Below are positions 6,737 to 16,813 of a stretch of DNA of 64,000 bases, piece by piece. The notes under the pieces are model-generated. The model did not search any database, was not told where the DNA came from, and saw only the letters and a program-made list of their open reading frames with translations. The position numbers were made by a program, and so were the translations under genes. The stretch covers positions 137,909-201,908 of the forward strand of contig JAHCRG010000006.1 in the NCBI GenBank assembly GCA_020148045.1, in the 5' to 3' direction. This stretch comes from Patescibacteria group bacterium. GTDB taxonomy: Bacteria > Patescibacteriota > Minisyncoccia > Minisyncoccales > GWA2-38-27. The first letter of the stretch is position 1, and each line of letters starts with the position of its first letter.

Positions 6737-8467
6737 TTAATTCATCTCTATTTTGTAAACTTCTGAGTTGTTGAGAAGATGGATTGTTTTGTTGTCTGAG
6801 GAGATATCAAGATCTTTGAGATTATCAAATTTTTGGCTTTGGAATTGCTTGATGATTTTGCCTTTTTTATCAATAATAACAACTCTGTTTTTTACTGGTT
6901 CTAAAAGATAAAGATAGGGGATATCTGCTTTGGTTTTGATTTGAGTAATATTTTCTGGAAATGGGAAGAAATCAGGGATTATAGTTTCTTGAAAAGAACC
7001 AGCATAGTAGCGAAGGACTGAATTATCTTCGTTCAAAATCCAAACTGAACCGTCAACTGTCATTGATTTTGGCTCAGAGCAAGGGCCTTTATCTTTCGTC
7101 CATTTTTTAGGAGAGCCCCAATTTAGAGCCCCTAAGAGAGAATATTTAATAATCTCGCAAGTTTTTTTGTCTAAGAAGTAAAGATTGGAAAGGTAAGAAG
7201 CGGATAAATCAAAATTAAATTCAAATGAAGGTGGGTCAACAAGAGAGCTGGAAGGAGAAGAGAACAAGCTTGAATCCGGTTCATTTACAAGTTCGGGATT
7301 TTCAATCTTTTCTAATTTGTTTAAATTTTCCAAGTTTTCTTCAATTGATTGTTTTAAATCAATTATATCAGAAGTTTTTGTTTCGGTTAAAGGTAAAATT
7401 TCTTTCCAGGCCTCTTTAAAAAGAGAATTGGCTTCTTCTTCGTTTTTAAAAATTAAAAAGCTTTCTGCCTGATTAACTTTTTCTTGTATCTTAGCTAAAG
7501 AGGTTCTAATTTCTTTTTCTTTTCTTCCCACTGCTTGTTTAAAAATTAAAAATCCCAGGAGGAGAACAGAAGCTAAGACAAGAATCAGAATTAGCTTTTT
7601 CTTAATGTTTGTCTTGGGACGAAGTTTTTCTATTATAGGGCCTGGTGTAGGTATTTTTATTTTTGGCAATTTTATCTTTGGCAAATTTGGCTTTTTGATA
7701 ATCTTCGGAAGTTTAAAGGGAAATCTAATTTTTGGAAAGGAGAATTTCTTTTCGCTTTGAAAAAGAATCGCTTTGCCTCTTTTTGTTGGTTCTGTTTTTA
7801 CAACAGAGAGGAGGCAAGTCCCAGAAACTTTTGAGCCCTCGCCTTTAGTAAAAAGAGAAGAGGGTAAAATTTCTTTTATTTTTTTTCCATTAATATTTTC
7901 GCTTTGAGCGATTTTAGTCAATAGATTTTGCTGAAGGAAAAATTCAAAAATCTCCTTGGTCAAAACCAAGATTTTATCATCTTGAGTTAATTTGCCTGAA
8001 ACAACATTAAGAAAAATTTTCAAAGGATAGGGTTCAATTTCCCGGAGGTCTAAGTTTTTACCAATATCAATTATTTGTCCGGCTCTTAACAGCAAAATTT
8101 TAATATCGCCGGTTTTAGTAAAAATTAAATTAAAATCTTTTAAAGAAAAAACAGCAAAGTTTAAGTTTCCCAGCCAGCTGACATTTTCCTTTTTTACTTT
8201 TTCAGCTAAATATTCATTTGTTTTTTTTAAACTTTGCGAAAGAGCTTTTTCAGGAAATTTTTGGGAAAAAGTATAATAGCTTTTCTTGATAGCTTTAGCA
8301 ATATCATCTAAAAGTTTTAGATTTTGGGGCAGAACGTTCCGAAGTTCTCCAACAACGTATAAATTTCCTAGGTTCTTCTCGTAGATATTTTCCGGTTCAT
8401 AAATAAAACTGTCAAAGATTTGGTCTTCTTTTAGTTTAGGGTTAAAATGTAGTTCAAATACTTGCAT
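6737..8467 (-). CDS. Hypothetical membrane protein (PP2C-like N-terminal domain, one TM helix, beta-rich C-terminal domain)
   Basis: Long ORF; probable ATG at 8467; TM segment LILILVLASVLLLGFLIF; domain calls are tentative. Confidence 0.6.
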   Translation of the reverse strand: MQVFELHFNPKLKEDQIFDSFIYEPENIYEKNLGNLYVVGELRNVLPQNLKLLDDIAKAIKKSYYTFSQKFPEKALSQSLKKTNEYLAEKVKKENVSWLGNLNFAVFSLKDFNLIFTKTGDIKILLLRAGQIIDIGKNLDLREIEPYPLKIFLNVVSGKLTQDDKILVLTKEIFEFFLQQNLLTKIAQSENINGKKIKEILPSSLFTKGEGSKVSGTCLLSVVKTEPTKRGKAILFQSEKKFSFPKIRFPFKLPKIIKKPNLPKIKLPKIKIPTPGPIIEKLRPKTNIKKKLILILVLASVLLLGFLIFKQAVGRKEKEIRTSLAKIQEKVNQAESFLIFKNEEEANSLFKEAWKEILPLTETKTSDIIDLKQSIEENLENLNKLEKIENPELVNEPDSSLFSSPSSSLVDPPSFEFNFDLSASYLSNLYFLDKKTCEIIKYSLLGALNWGSPKKWTKDKGPCSEPKSMTVDGSVWILNEDNSVLRYYAGSFQETIIPDFFPFPENITQIKTKADIPYLYLLEPVKNRVVIIDKKGKIIKQFQSQKFDNLKDLDISSDNKTIHLLNNSEVYKIEMN

Positions 8468-8513
8468 GATAGTTCTATTTATTATAATATATATAAAAAT
8501 GGTGAGCAATCTT

Positions 8514-8586
<73 letters not shown>

Positions 8587-8698
8587 CAATGGCATCATTA
8601 GAGTAGCTTTTTGGTTCTTTCACCAAGTTTCACCAGAGTTTACTCTCTGCACAATGATGTCAGCAAGCCCTCACACCAAAATTAGTAGTGTGACGGGC

Positions 8699-8748
8699 AA
8701 GGGAGAGTTTGGCGTTCCCTCTCCGGCCAATACTCTCCCTCTTTTTTT
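8699..8748. terminator. Terminator between tRNA-Val and the convergent gene
   Basis: agggagagt...actctccct stem followed by a T-tract. Confidence 0.65.
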
Positions 8749-8767
8749 AAAACAAAAGCCCAGCTTC

Positions 8768-9442
8768 TCATTGCTGAGCTTTTATTTCATCTATACCCCT
8801 TTTGTAATAGTCCTCCAAACTCTTCCAGCCCCAATAAATCATTAGTATCAGACCTAAATCAATCAAGAAAATGGAAAGATTAATTAAAGGAAATCCTTGG
8901 TATTTTTCAATACTTAAGGAAAATAGCCAAACCAGAATTACAGTAAAACCGCAGCCAGTTTTCCTTCGCCCCCATTTATTGGGAGAAAGATCAATTTTTA
9001 TCCCTTTAATGTAATAGTAGAAAGCTCCAATACATCCAGCAATAAAAATTGCTCCAACTATTGAAAGCATCAAAATTCCCAAAGCAGTGGTAAGGCCGTT
9101 AGTATAGAAGGGTAGGTTCGTTAACTTCCAACGATTGTGCCAGATTAAAACCATCAATGCTGGATAAATAAAAACATGGTCTGCTAGTATGTCTAAAATA
9201 GAACCAAACACACTTTTACCGTAACGTCGTGCGATCGGCCCATCAATACAATCGGTGAAAGTAGCGAGCCCGCCCAAAATATCTATTAACCAGAGTCGGT
9301 CGGGATTATTAATGGCTGTAAGCAAAAACCAAACAGCCATTACCAATCTACTTAAAGTAATACTGTTGGCTAGGTTTTGTTGCAGCCAAGTTGGTATCAA
9401 ACGAATCTTTTCTCTTATATATTCAGAGATTTTTCTGTTCAT
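8768..9442 (-). CDS. CDP-alcohol phosphatidyltransferase family protein
   Basis: D-x-x-D-G-x-x-A-R...G-x-x-x-D-x-x-x-D motif (TDCIDGPIARRYGKSVFGSILDILAD); multiple TM helices. Confidence 0.85.
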   Translation of the reverse strand: MNRKISEYIREKIRLIPTWLQQNLANSITLSRLVMAVWFLLTAINNPDRLWLIDILGGLATFTDCIDGPIARRYGKSVFGSILDILADHVFIYPALMVLIWHNRWKLTNLPFYTNGLTTALGILMLSIVGAIFIAGCIGAFYYYIKGIKIDLSPNKWGRRKTGCGFTVILVWLFSLSIEKYQGFPLINLSIFLIDLGLILMIYWGWKSLEDYYKRGIDEIKAQQ

Positions 9443-9513
9443 TTCATTCTCCTTTCATTTTTCAGTTGAGAAGGAACATTTTTGTTTTTTGTTGGATGTA
9501 GTATAATATAATA

Positions 9514-9894
9514 ATGAGTATTTTTTTGCAAGGATTAATTTGGCAGTTTTTTGATGTGCCAAAAGCAATTTTAAAGGGCTGGAAAAATTTTCTTTTGTTT
9601 AATTTAAATTATTTTTCAGTTCCTATTCTTTTGAAAACCTTTTTTTCTCATTGGCGCAGATATCATTATCCTTATGGAAAAGTATTTGAGGCATGGAAAA
9701 ACATTGAGACATTTGTTTTTAATATGATGTCCAGAATTATTGGGGCTCTTTTAAGAACCATTTTTATAATTTTGGGACTATTCATAGAAGCTTTAATAAT
9801 TTTAGGAGGAACGATAGTATTTTTTGGCTGGCTTTTATTGCCAGTTTTATTATTGGCAGGATTATTATTCGGCTTAAAGCTCGTTTTTTACTAA
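9514..9894 (+). CDS. Small membrane protein upstream of the Clp ATPase
   Basis: Hydrophobic ORF, 16 bp from the next gene. Confidence 0.7.
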   Translation: MSIFLQGLIWQFFDVPKAILKGWKNFLLFNLNYFSVPILLKTFFSHWRRYHYPYGKVFEAWKNIETFVFNMMSRIIGALLRTIFIILGLFIEALIILGGTIVFFGWLLLPVLLLAGLLFGLKLVFY

Positions 9895-9910
9895 TTTTGT
9901 TTCATGACCT

Positions 9911-12412
9911 ATGTTCAACTTTAATCTTAAAAAAGCAAAGATATATCAAGCGGTGAAATGGGAAAAGTTTTCGTTTTTTAGATTTGCTAAAATTTTAAAG
10001 ATATTGTTTTTTGTTTTGTTTGTTTTAGTGTTTTTAGCATTTCTTTATGGATTTGTGCCGGAGAATTTCTCGCCAGAGACCAACAGGACTCTATTAGGTC
10101 TTTCAATAATTTTTCTTGTTTCAACTCTGAGTTCTTGGATTAAAGAAAGCTTTTTTAATTTAAAATTAAAAAAGCCAGAGCTTAAAGCTAATATTAGTGA
10201 AGCATTATTAGATCCGGAGAGCTATAACCTGGCTGAGTTTTTAAGCTTTGAAGCAGCTAAGGCGGTTAGTAAGTCCAAATTAAGCTCAACTCGTCTTTTT
10301 TATTTTATTTTAATTGATAACCCGAAATTAGATTTTATTTTCTTACGCGCCCTTTTGGATTCCAACGAGATTAAAAAAATATTAAAGAAAGAGTTAAAGG
10401 CCAAAGAATCCGATAATTTTCAAAGAACTATTCTTGAGGCCTTGGGAATAGCCCAGAAAAAAAATCATACCAGAATTGAAATAGGGGATGTCCTATCTGC
10501 TCTTGCCAAGCATAACCTGATTTTTAAAAGGATTTTAGTTAAACATAAACTCAAAGCCGAGGATATTGAAAATTTAACCTGGTGGTTGGAAAATATTAAA
10601 GAAAAAATCAAAAAAAGGAAAAGGTTCTGGGAATATGAAAATTTAGCTAAAAGAGGAACATTGGCTAAAGAATGGACAGCTGGTTATACGATAGCTTTAG
10701 ATAGATATTCCAAAGATTTAACTGATTCAATTAGGAAGAAGGATTTAGAATTTGTTGGCCATAAAGAAGAAATGAAGAGGATAGAAAGAATTTTAGCTAG
10801 AAGAGAAATTAATAATGTTTTAATAATTGGGGAACCAGGCACAGGAAAAAGAAGCATGGTTTATGCTTTAACCCAGATGAGTTTATTAGGCAGAAGTTTG
10901 CCTGGGGTGAGTTACAAGAGGGTGGTTGAATTAGATGTGCCGGCTTTACTGGCTCAACTTGAAAGTATGGAAGATGTTGAAGCTACTTTAGATAAAATTT
11001 TCCAGGAAGTAGTTTTGGCTGGCAATATTATTTTGGTGATTGATGGATTCCACAACTATATTGGCCAAGTTTCCAGGCCAGGAATAATTGATATTTCAGG
11101 AGTTATCGCACCCTATTTACGTTTTCCCCAATTTCAAATTGTAGCAATTACAACTTACGAAGGTCTTCACAGATATATTGAAAAAAATCCTTCTATCTTA
11201 TCTCTTTTTGGGAAAGTAGAGGTTTCAGGAATCTCCCAAAGGGAGACGCTTGTGCTTTTGGGGTATTTAACCTTTGCTCTTGAGAAAAGATACAAAATCT
11301 TTATTTCTTATCCTGCTATGCGAGAGATAATTTCTTTGACTGACCGTTATTTCCCTTCCCTTCATTTTCCCGAGAAAGCCATAGACATTTTAGATGAAGT
11401 AGCAGTTTATGTTGCGGGCTCAACAAGAGAAAAAGTAGTTTTGCCAAAGCATATAGCTAAGATTATTACCGAAAAGACCGAGATTCCGGTGGGAGAGATA
11501 GAGGCGAAAGAAAGAGAGGTTTTACTCAATTTAGAAAATTTAATTCATCAAAGAATTATTAATCAGGACGAAGCAGTAAAAGAAGTTTCAACTGCCCTTC
11601 GGAGAGCCAGGTCAGAAGTTACAGTAAGAAAAGGTTCAATGGGTTGCTTTTTGTTTTTAGGACCTACCGGGGTTGGTAAAACCGAAACCTCAAAAGCCCT
11701 GGCAGAGTATTATTTTGGTTCAGAAAAGAAGATGATAAGATTAGATATGTCAGAGTTTCAAGATATAAAAGACATCCCTAGATTGATTGGTTCTGCAACT
11801 GAGACAGGGCTTTTAACAACTCCGGTTCGGGAAAATCCCTTTTCTTTAATTCTTTTGGATGAAATTGAAAAAGCTAATCACAATATTTTGAATTTATTTT
11901 TACAGGTTCTTGATGAAGGTCATTTAACAGATGGTTTTGGAAGAAAGGTTGATTTTAAAAATTCAATAATTATTGCCACCAGTAATGCTGGTTATAAGGT
12001 GATTTTGGAAGCTTTAAAAAGAAAAACCGAATGGGCAGGAGTAAAACAAAAACTTTTAGATTATCTTTTTGAGAAAAGAATATTTAGACCAGAATTTATC
12101 AATCGTTTTGATGCAGTTGTCGTTTTCAGGCCCTTAACCAAAGAAAACCTTTTAGATATTGCTCAGCTGATGTTATCAAAATTAAAAAAGAATCTTCAAA
12201 AAAAAGGCATTGAATTTATAATTACAGAACCCCTCAAAGAAAAAGTAGTTGAATTAGGCTATAGCCCGGTTTTCGGGGCAAGGGCAATGAGAAGGGTTAT
12301 TCAGGATAAAGTAGAAAATGTTTTAGCTTCTGCCTTGCTTTCCGGCCAACTAAAAAGAGGGGATAGAGTAGAACTTGACCCAAAGAAATTTAAACTGATT
12401 ATTAATCCTTAA
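9911..12412 (+). CDS. ClpA/B/C-family AAA+ ATPase with N-terminal TM helices
   Basis: Two P-loops (GEPGTGKR, GPTGVGKT); RLDMSEFQ, LLDEIEKA, FRPEFINRFD, FGARAMRRVIQ. Confidence 0.92.
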   Translation: MFNFNLKKAKIYQAVKWEKFSFFRFAKILKILFFVLFVLVFLAFLYGFVPENFSPETNRTLLGLSIIFLVSTLSSWIKESFFNLKLKKPELKANISEALLDPESYNLAEFLSFEAAKAVSKSKLSSTRLFYFILIDNPKLDFIFLRALLDSNEIKKILKKELKAKESDNFQRTILEALGIAQKKNHTRIEIGDVLSALAKHNLIFKRILVKHKLKAEDIENLTWWLENIKEKIKKRKRFWEYENLAKRGTLAKEWTAGYTIALDRYSKDLTDSIRKKDLEFVGHKEEMKRIERILARREINNVLIIGEPGTGKRSMVYALTQMSLLGRSLPGVSYKRVVELDVPALLAQLESMEDVEATLDKIFQEVVLAGNIILVIDGFHNYIGQVSRPGIIDISGVIAPYLRFPQFQIVAITTYEGLHRYIEKNPSILSLFGKVEVSGISQRETLVLLGYLTFALEKRYKIFISYPAMREIISLTDRYFPSLHFPEKAIDILDEVAVYVAGSTREKVVLPKHIAKIITEKTEIPVGEIEAKEREVLLNLENLIHQRIINQDEAVKEVSTALRRARSEVTVRKGSMGCFLFLGPTGVGKTETSKALAEYYFGSEKKMIRLDMSEFQDIKDIPRLIGSATETGLLTTPVRENPFSLILLDEIEKANHNILNLFLQVLDEGHLTDGFGRKVDFKNSIIIATSNAGYKVILEALKRKTEWAGVKQKLLDYLFEKRIFRPEFINRFDAVVVFRPLTKENLLDIAQLMLSKLKKNLQKKGIEFIITEPLKEKVVELGYSPVFGARAMRRVIQDKVENVLASALLSGQLKRGDRVELDPKKFKLIINP

Positions 12413-12434
12413 TAATAAAAACAAGAAATAAAAC

Positions 12435-12466
12435 AGGCCGGGTGGTCTTTGACCACTCGGCCTTTT
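12435..12466. terminator. Terminator hairpin between convergent genes
   Basis: ggccgggtggtc-ttt-gaccactcggcc-tttt. Confidence 0.75.
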
Positions 12467-12471
12467 GCTTT

Positions 12472-13311
12472 TTAAAATTCTATAGCTATTGCCGTAGCTT
12501 CTGGGTAGTCTTCGTGGGTTAAGGATTTCTTATCATCTGCAATTTGGCGGGTAGCTTCTAGGATAGCATACAGCCCACCCTTTTTATAAAGCCGGATTAT
12601 TTCTCCTGCCATTCCTAATTCATTTTTTGTCCATTCAAACGGAATGAGACCGTCAGAGAAAAGAAGCAAAAACCCTATTCCCGCCCGCGGAAGTGTAAAT
12701 TTCTGCCAAAAATGTTCAAATTCAGGCTGACCATTAAGAAGAGCAAATCCTCCTTGCTTAGTGTTGATATTGGCTCGTCGCTTTTCTGTAAGAATGGGGC
12801 GGAATTCCTCCCACATTTTCTGCCTATCTCCTTTATGTTTTTTCATAAGCTCTGCGATAATGAGAAGAAGTTCCTCCTCGTAACTATATGTTTTGTTAGG
12901 GGTTGCTCCAAGGGTTCCGTCTTTTGTTTGCCATATTGCTAGAGCATCTCCTCCTTGAAGAATGTGGATATTCGTAGTGTTTACAGATGCTACAACAAAA
13001 GCAGCAGAAGGAAGCAATTCTGATTCCTTTAGAGATAAACCACTTGCCTCAATATCCTGGCGAATCAAGCTATTTGCTCTCCGAACAATGCCTTCCAAAG
13101 AAGATGTTGCTGGAGAGGCATTTCTAAAAGCATAAGAAATAATATGTGATGCAAGTTGACCACCTGTCATTCCGTGAAAAAGTGTTGGACCTTCGTCAGG
13201 AAGATAAATTCCGGTTATGCCATCAGTTACAGCATAGTAATAAGGGGGCTGGAAAATAATCCCATCTTCAGGGATACGCGCACTACCTTGATCATACAAA
13301 ACCTTTATCAT
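12472..13311 (-). CDS. PP2C/SpoIIE-like phosphatase-fold protein
   Basis: EDG, YAVTDG, GGD and LLLFSDG motifs; C-terminal ATAIAIEF. Confidence 0.7.
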   Translation of the reverse strand: MIKVLYDQGSARIPEDGIIFQPPYYYAVTDGITGIYLPDEGPTLFHGMTGGQLASHIISYAFRNASPATSSLEGIVRRANSLIRQDIEASGLSLKESELLPSAAFVVASVNTTNIHILQGGDALAIWQTKDGTLGATPNKTYSYEEELLLIIAELMKKHKGDRQKMWEEFRPILTEKRRANINTKQGGFALLNGQPEFEHFWQKFTLPRAGIGFLLLFSDGLIPFEWTKNELGMAGEIIRLYKKGGLYAILEATRQIADDKKSLTHEDYPEATAIAIEF

Positions 13312-13382
13312 TGGTTACTCCTTTCTTTCATTTTTTGATTTTCAAATAACATTGGTTATGACAACAGCGCCATAACACTTGA

Positions 13383-13411
13383 ATTGTATCATAGTATATC
13401 AAATCTGTCAA
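13383..13411 (-). promoter_or_regulatory. sigma70 promoter of the PP2C-like gene
   Basis: TTGACA-17 bp-TACAAT on the minus strand. Confidence 0.75.
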
Positions 13412-13416
13412 GATTT

Positions 13417-13539
13417 TGTGGGTGTGAAAAAAATGTGGAAAAGTATGGGTTGACGGGGGTATATGAAGTGGGGTATAAAGAAAGCAGAGTGTATAATTGT
13501 GGAAAACTATGGGAAAACCCCTAGTTTTTGTGGAAAACT
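13417..13539 (+). promoter_or_regulatory. mraZ promoter region with GTGG(G/A) repeats (probable MraZ operator)
   Basis: Repeated tgtggg/tgtggaaaa/gtgggg/tatggg upstream of mraZ; MraZ is known to bind GTGGG-type direct repeats. Confidence 0.6.
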
Positions 13540-13971
13540 ATGTTTATTGGAGAATATTGTCATATTATAGATACTAAAAAACGTTTATCTCTTCCAGCTA
13601 AATTTCGAAGAGAGCTCGGTAAAAAAGTAACAGTGACTAGGGGTTTTGAGAATTGTTTGGCTATTTATCCAGAAAAAGAATGGAAGATAGTAACAGATAA
13701 GTTAGAAAAATTGCCAACAAGTCAAATTGGAGTCAGAAGTTTTAGCAGAGTTATTCTTGCTGGTGCCATGGAGGTTAGCTTAGATAAGCTAGGAAGAATT
13801 CTTATTCCAGATTATTTAAAAAAATACGCTGGTTTAAAAAAGAATGTTATAATCTGCGGACTCTCTAACAAGTTAGAAGTTTGGGATGTTCAGAAATGGG
13901 AAATATACCGGAAGAGAGCTGAAAAGGATATTGAGAAGGTTGGAGAGCAATTACCAGAGTTGGGAATTTAA
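13540..13971 (+). CDS. mraZ: Transcriptional regulator MraZ
   Basis: MFIGEY..IDTKKRLSLPAKFR and LDKLGRILIP; first gene of the dcw cluster. Confidence 0.95.
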   Translation: MFIGEYCHIIDTKKRLSLPAKFRRELGKKVTVTRGFENCLAIYPEKEWKIVTDKLEKLPTSQIGVRSFSRVILAGAMEVSLDKLGRILIPDYLKKYAGLKKNVIICGLSNKLEVWDVQKWEIYRKRAEKDIEKVGEQLPELGI

Positions 13972-13979
13972 ATTAAAAA

Positions 13980-14822
13980 ATGCACATACCTGTTCTTCAA
14001 AAAGAAGTTTTACAATATTTAGATCCAAAGCCAAATGAAAATTTTATTGATGCAACGATTGATGGCGGGGGACATACTATTACTATCCTCGGGAAAATTA
14101 AGCCAAATGGGAAAGTATTGGGGATTGAAATTGACCCAGAAATTTATCAGAAATTGGAGTCAAAGAATTTAGACAGATTAGTTTTAACAAATGATTCTTA
14201 TGTAAATTTAAAAAGCATCCTTGAGAAAAGTAATTTCAGACCGGTTAATGGAATATTATTTGACCTTGGAATGTCAAGCTGGCACTTGGAAGAATCGGGC
14301 AGGGGATTTACATTTTTAAAAGATGAGCCACTTGATATGAGATATAGTTTAGAGAATAATTTAACTGCTGAAAAAATTATAAATAATTATTCTCAAGAAG
14401 AGATTGAAAAAATATTGAAAGAATACGGAGAAGAGAGATTTGCCAGAAGAATTGCTAAAAGAATTATAAAAGAAAGGCCCATTAAGACAACTCTTCAACT
14501 GGTAGAGATTATTAAAAGAGTAGTCCCGGGGAGAACAAAGATTAACCCAGCCACCCGAACATTTCAGGCATTAAGGATTGCTGTTAATGATGAGCTAAAT
14601 AACTTAAGGAAAGTTTTACCCCAAACAATAGAAGTTTTAGCGCCAGGGGGAAAGATTGTCATAATTTCCTTTCATTCTTTAGAAGATAGAATTGTCAAGA
14701 ATTTTTTCAAAAGTTCAAATTTAAATATCTTAACAAAAAAACCAGTAAGACCTTCAAAAGAAGAAATTAAAATTAACCCCCGCTCGCGTAGCGCGAAGCT
14801 CCGAGCAGCGGTAAAACAATAA
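13980..14822 (+). CDS. rsmH: 16S rRNA m4C1402 methyltransferase RsmH
   Basis: MHIPVL, FDLGMSS, PLDMR, FQALRIAVNDEL, SFHSLEDRIVK, NPRSRSAKLR. Confidence 0.97.
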   Translation: MHIPVLQKEVLQYLDPKPNENFIDATIDGGGHTITILGKIKPNGKVLGIEIDPEIYQKLESKNLDRLVLTNDSYVNLKSILEKSNFRPVNGILFDLGMSSWHLEESGRGFTFLKDEPLDMRYSLENNLTAEKIINNYSQEEIEKILKEYGEERFARRIAKRIIKERPIKTTLQLVEIIKRVVPGRTKINPATRTFQALRIAVNDELNNLRKVLPQTIEVLAPGGKIVIISFHSLEDRIVKNFFKSSNLNILTKKPVRPSKEEIKINPRSRSAKLRAAVKQ

Positions 14823-14825
14823 ACA

Positions 14826-15164
14826 ATGAACAATACTCTAACACTAAACCATCCATTGATTATAAGACCCCTAAAAGGGCCAATTACTTTGAGGTTATTT
14901 TGGCTTTTAACCATTTTATCAGTAGCCGCTCTTTTGGCTTTTTATGTTTTTCAAATTAATGCAGTAGTTTCAGAAAGATACTTAATTCAAAAATACGAAA
15001 AAAGAATAAGTGAGATTTCAATGGAAAATCAAAATTTAGAAATTAGTTCGGCCCAGACGAATTCTTTAGATAATATCACAGCGCTCTTGGGGGAACTTAA
15101 TTTTGAGAAAGCAGATAAAATTCATTACATCCGAGTTTTAGATACTCAAGTTGTTGCAAAATGA
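14826..15164 (+). CDS. FtsL-like cell division protein
   Basis: One TM helix plus coiled coil; lies between rsmH and the PBP gene. Confidence 0.6.
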   Translation: MNNTLTLNHPLIIRPLKGPITLRLFWLLTILSVAALLAFYVFQINAVVSERYLIQKYEKRISEISMENQNLEISSAQTNSLDNITALLGELNFEKADKIHYIRVLDTQVVAK

Positions 15165-16786
15165 AGAAATGGCGTGTTAATTTAATCTTTATCGTAATTA
15201 TCTTATTTGGGGCGGCTATTATTAGCCGCTTGGTTTATCTTCAAATTATTCAAGAAGAACTTTATAAAGCATTAGCCCAAGGACAACAAAAAGACTTCCA
15301 ACTTATAAAAGGGGAGCGAGGAGAAATTTTTTTTAGCGGAGGAGAAATTTTAGCTACAAATATAAAGGGAAGGTATGTCTTTGTTTCTCCTCAAGAAATT
15401 AAAGAAAAAGAAAAGACAGCAAGGACGCTTTCTCAAATTTTTAATTTAGAGGAAGAGTTGATTTTAGAAAAACTTAAAAAAGATAGTTTGTTTGAGAAAA
15501 TAAAAAGCAAAATAACAAAAGAGGAAGAACAGGCTCTAAAAGAAATAAATTTAGCCGGGGTTTATTTAGGAGAAGCGGTTTTTAGGGAATATCCTCAGAG
15601 AACTACGGCTTCTCAGACCATTGGATTTTTCGGGGGCGGAGAAAGAGGACAGTATGGAATAGAAGGTCATTATGATGATGTTCTTCAGGGGGAGGAAGGA
15701 ATTCAAGAATTTAACAAAGGTTTTGATATTTTTCTAACTCTTGACTATAATATTCAATTTATGGCTGAGAAGTTATTGGAGAGCGCCAAAGAAAATTTAA
15801 ATATTAAAGGAGGTCAAATTATAGTTTTAGACCCCAATTCAGGAAAAATTTTAGCTTTAGCTAATTTTCCAAACTTTGACCCAAATAATTATTCAGAAGT
15901 TGATTTTGAGCTCTTTCAAAATTCAACAGTTCAAAAACTTTTTGAACCGGGTTCAGCCTTTAAACCGATTACTATGGCAGCTGCCCTTGAGCAAGAAAAA
16001 ATAACACCCAAAACTACTTATATTGATACCGGGAAAGTAAAAATCGGAGAACACACTATTGATAATTATAATGAAAGGGTGTTCGGAAAACAAACCATGA
16101 CCGAGGTTTTGGAAAAATCAATTAATACTGGAGCAGTATTTGTTGAAAGACAGTTGGGGCACGAGCTTTTTTTGGAATACATAGACCTGTTTGGTTTTTT
16201 TGAACCAACTGGAATTGATTTGCAAGGAGAGGAATTTTCTGAAAATAGAGAATTTAAAAAAGGCTATGAGATAAATTTTGCCACTGCCTCTTATGGTCAA
16301 GGAATTGAAATGACACCTATTCAATTGGTTAGAGCTTTTTGTGCGATTGCTAATGGGGGGAAATTAGTCAGGCCTTATATAGTAGAAAAAATTGTTGAGA
16401 ATGGTACAATGATTGAAACCCAACCTGAGATATCTTCAAATCAGATTATTTCCCCCAAAACTGCTTCTCAGTTAACGGCAATGTTAATTAGCGTAGTTGA
16501 AAATGGTTTTGCCAGAGCAGCTAAAGTTCCAGACTACTACATTGCTGGAAAAACCGGTACTGCTCAGATTCCTTGGTCAACTCTTGATATAGATAAAAGA
16601 GGTTATTCTCAAGAAACCTGGCAAAGTTTTATTGGATTTGTTCCTGCTTTTAGTCCCAGGTTTCTAATTTTAATAAAACTTGATAATCCTGGAACTAAAA
16701 CTGCTGAATATTCAGCAGTCCCAATCTTCAAAGAATTGGCTAAATATATTATAGATTATTTAGAGATACCACCGGACTACGAATAA
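15161..16786 (+). CDS. ftsI: Class B penicillin-binding protein (FtsI-like)
   Basis: SxxK (GSAFK), SxN (SIN) and KTG (KTGTAQ) motifs; N-terminal TM helix; dcw context. Confidence 0.88.
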   Translation: MKKWRVNLIFIVIILFGAAIISRLVYLQIIQEELYKALAQGQQKDFQLIKGERGEIFFSGGEILATNIKGRYVFVSPQEIKEKEKTARTLSQIFNLEEELILEKLKKDSLFEKIKSKITKEEEQALKEINLAGVYLGEAVFREYPQRTTASQTIGFFGGGERGQYGIEGHYDDVLQGEEGIQEFNKGFDIFLTLDYNIQFMAEKLLESAKENLNIKGGQIIVLDPNSGKILALANFPNFDPNNYSEVDFELFQNSTVQKLFEPGSAFKPITMAAALEQEKITPKTTYIDTGKVKIGEHTIDNYNERVFGKQTMTEVLEKSINTGAVFVERQLGHELFLEYIDLFGFFEPTGIDLQGEEFSENREFKKGYEINFATASYGQGIEMTPIQLVRAFCAIANGGKLVRPYIVEKIVENGTMIETQPEISSNQIISPKTASQLTAMLISVVENGFARAAKVPDYYIAGKTGTAQIPWSTLDIDKRGYSQETWQSFIGFVPAFSPRFLILIKLDNPGTKTAEYSAVPIFKELAKYIIDYLEIPPDYE

Positions 16787-16813
16787 ATAATTTTCAATTT
16801 GAGAGCCTAAACT

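Noticed and set aside
14778..14812. GC-rich hairpin-like patch at the end of rsmH as an inserted palindromic element
   Set aside because: It encodes the conserved RsmH motif NPRSRSAKLRAA, so protein constraint explains it.
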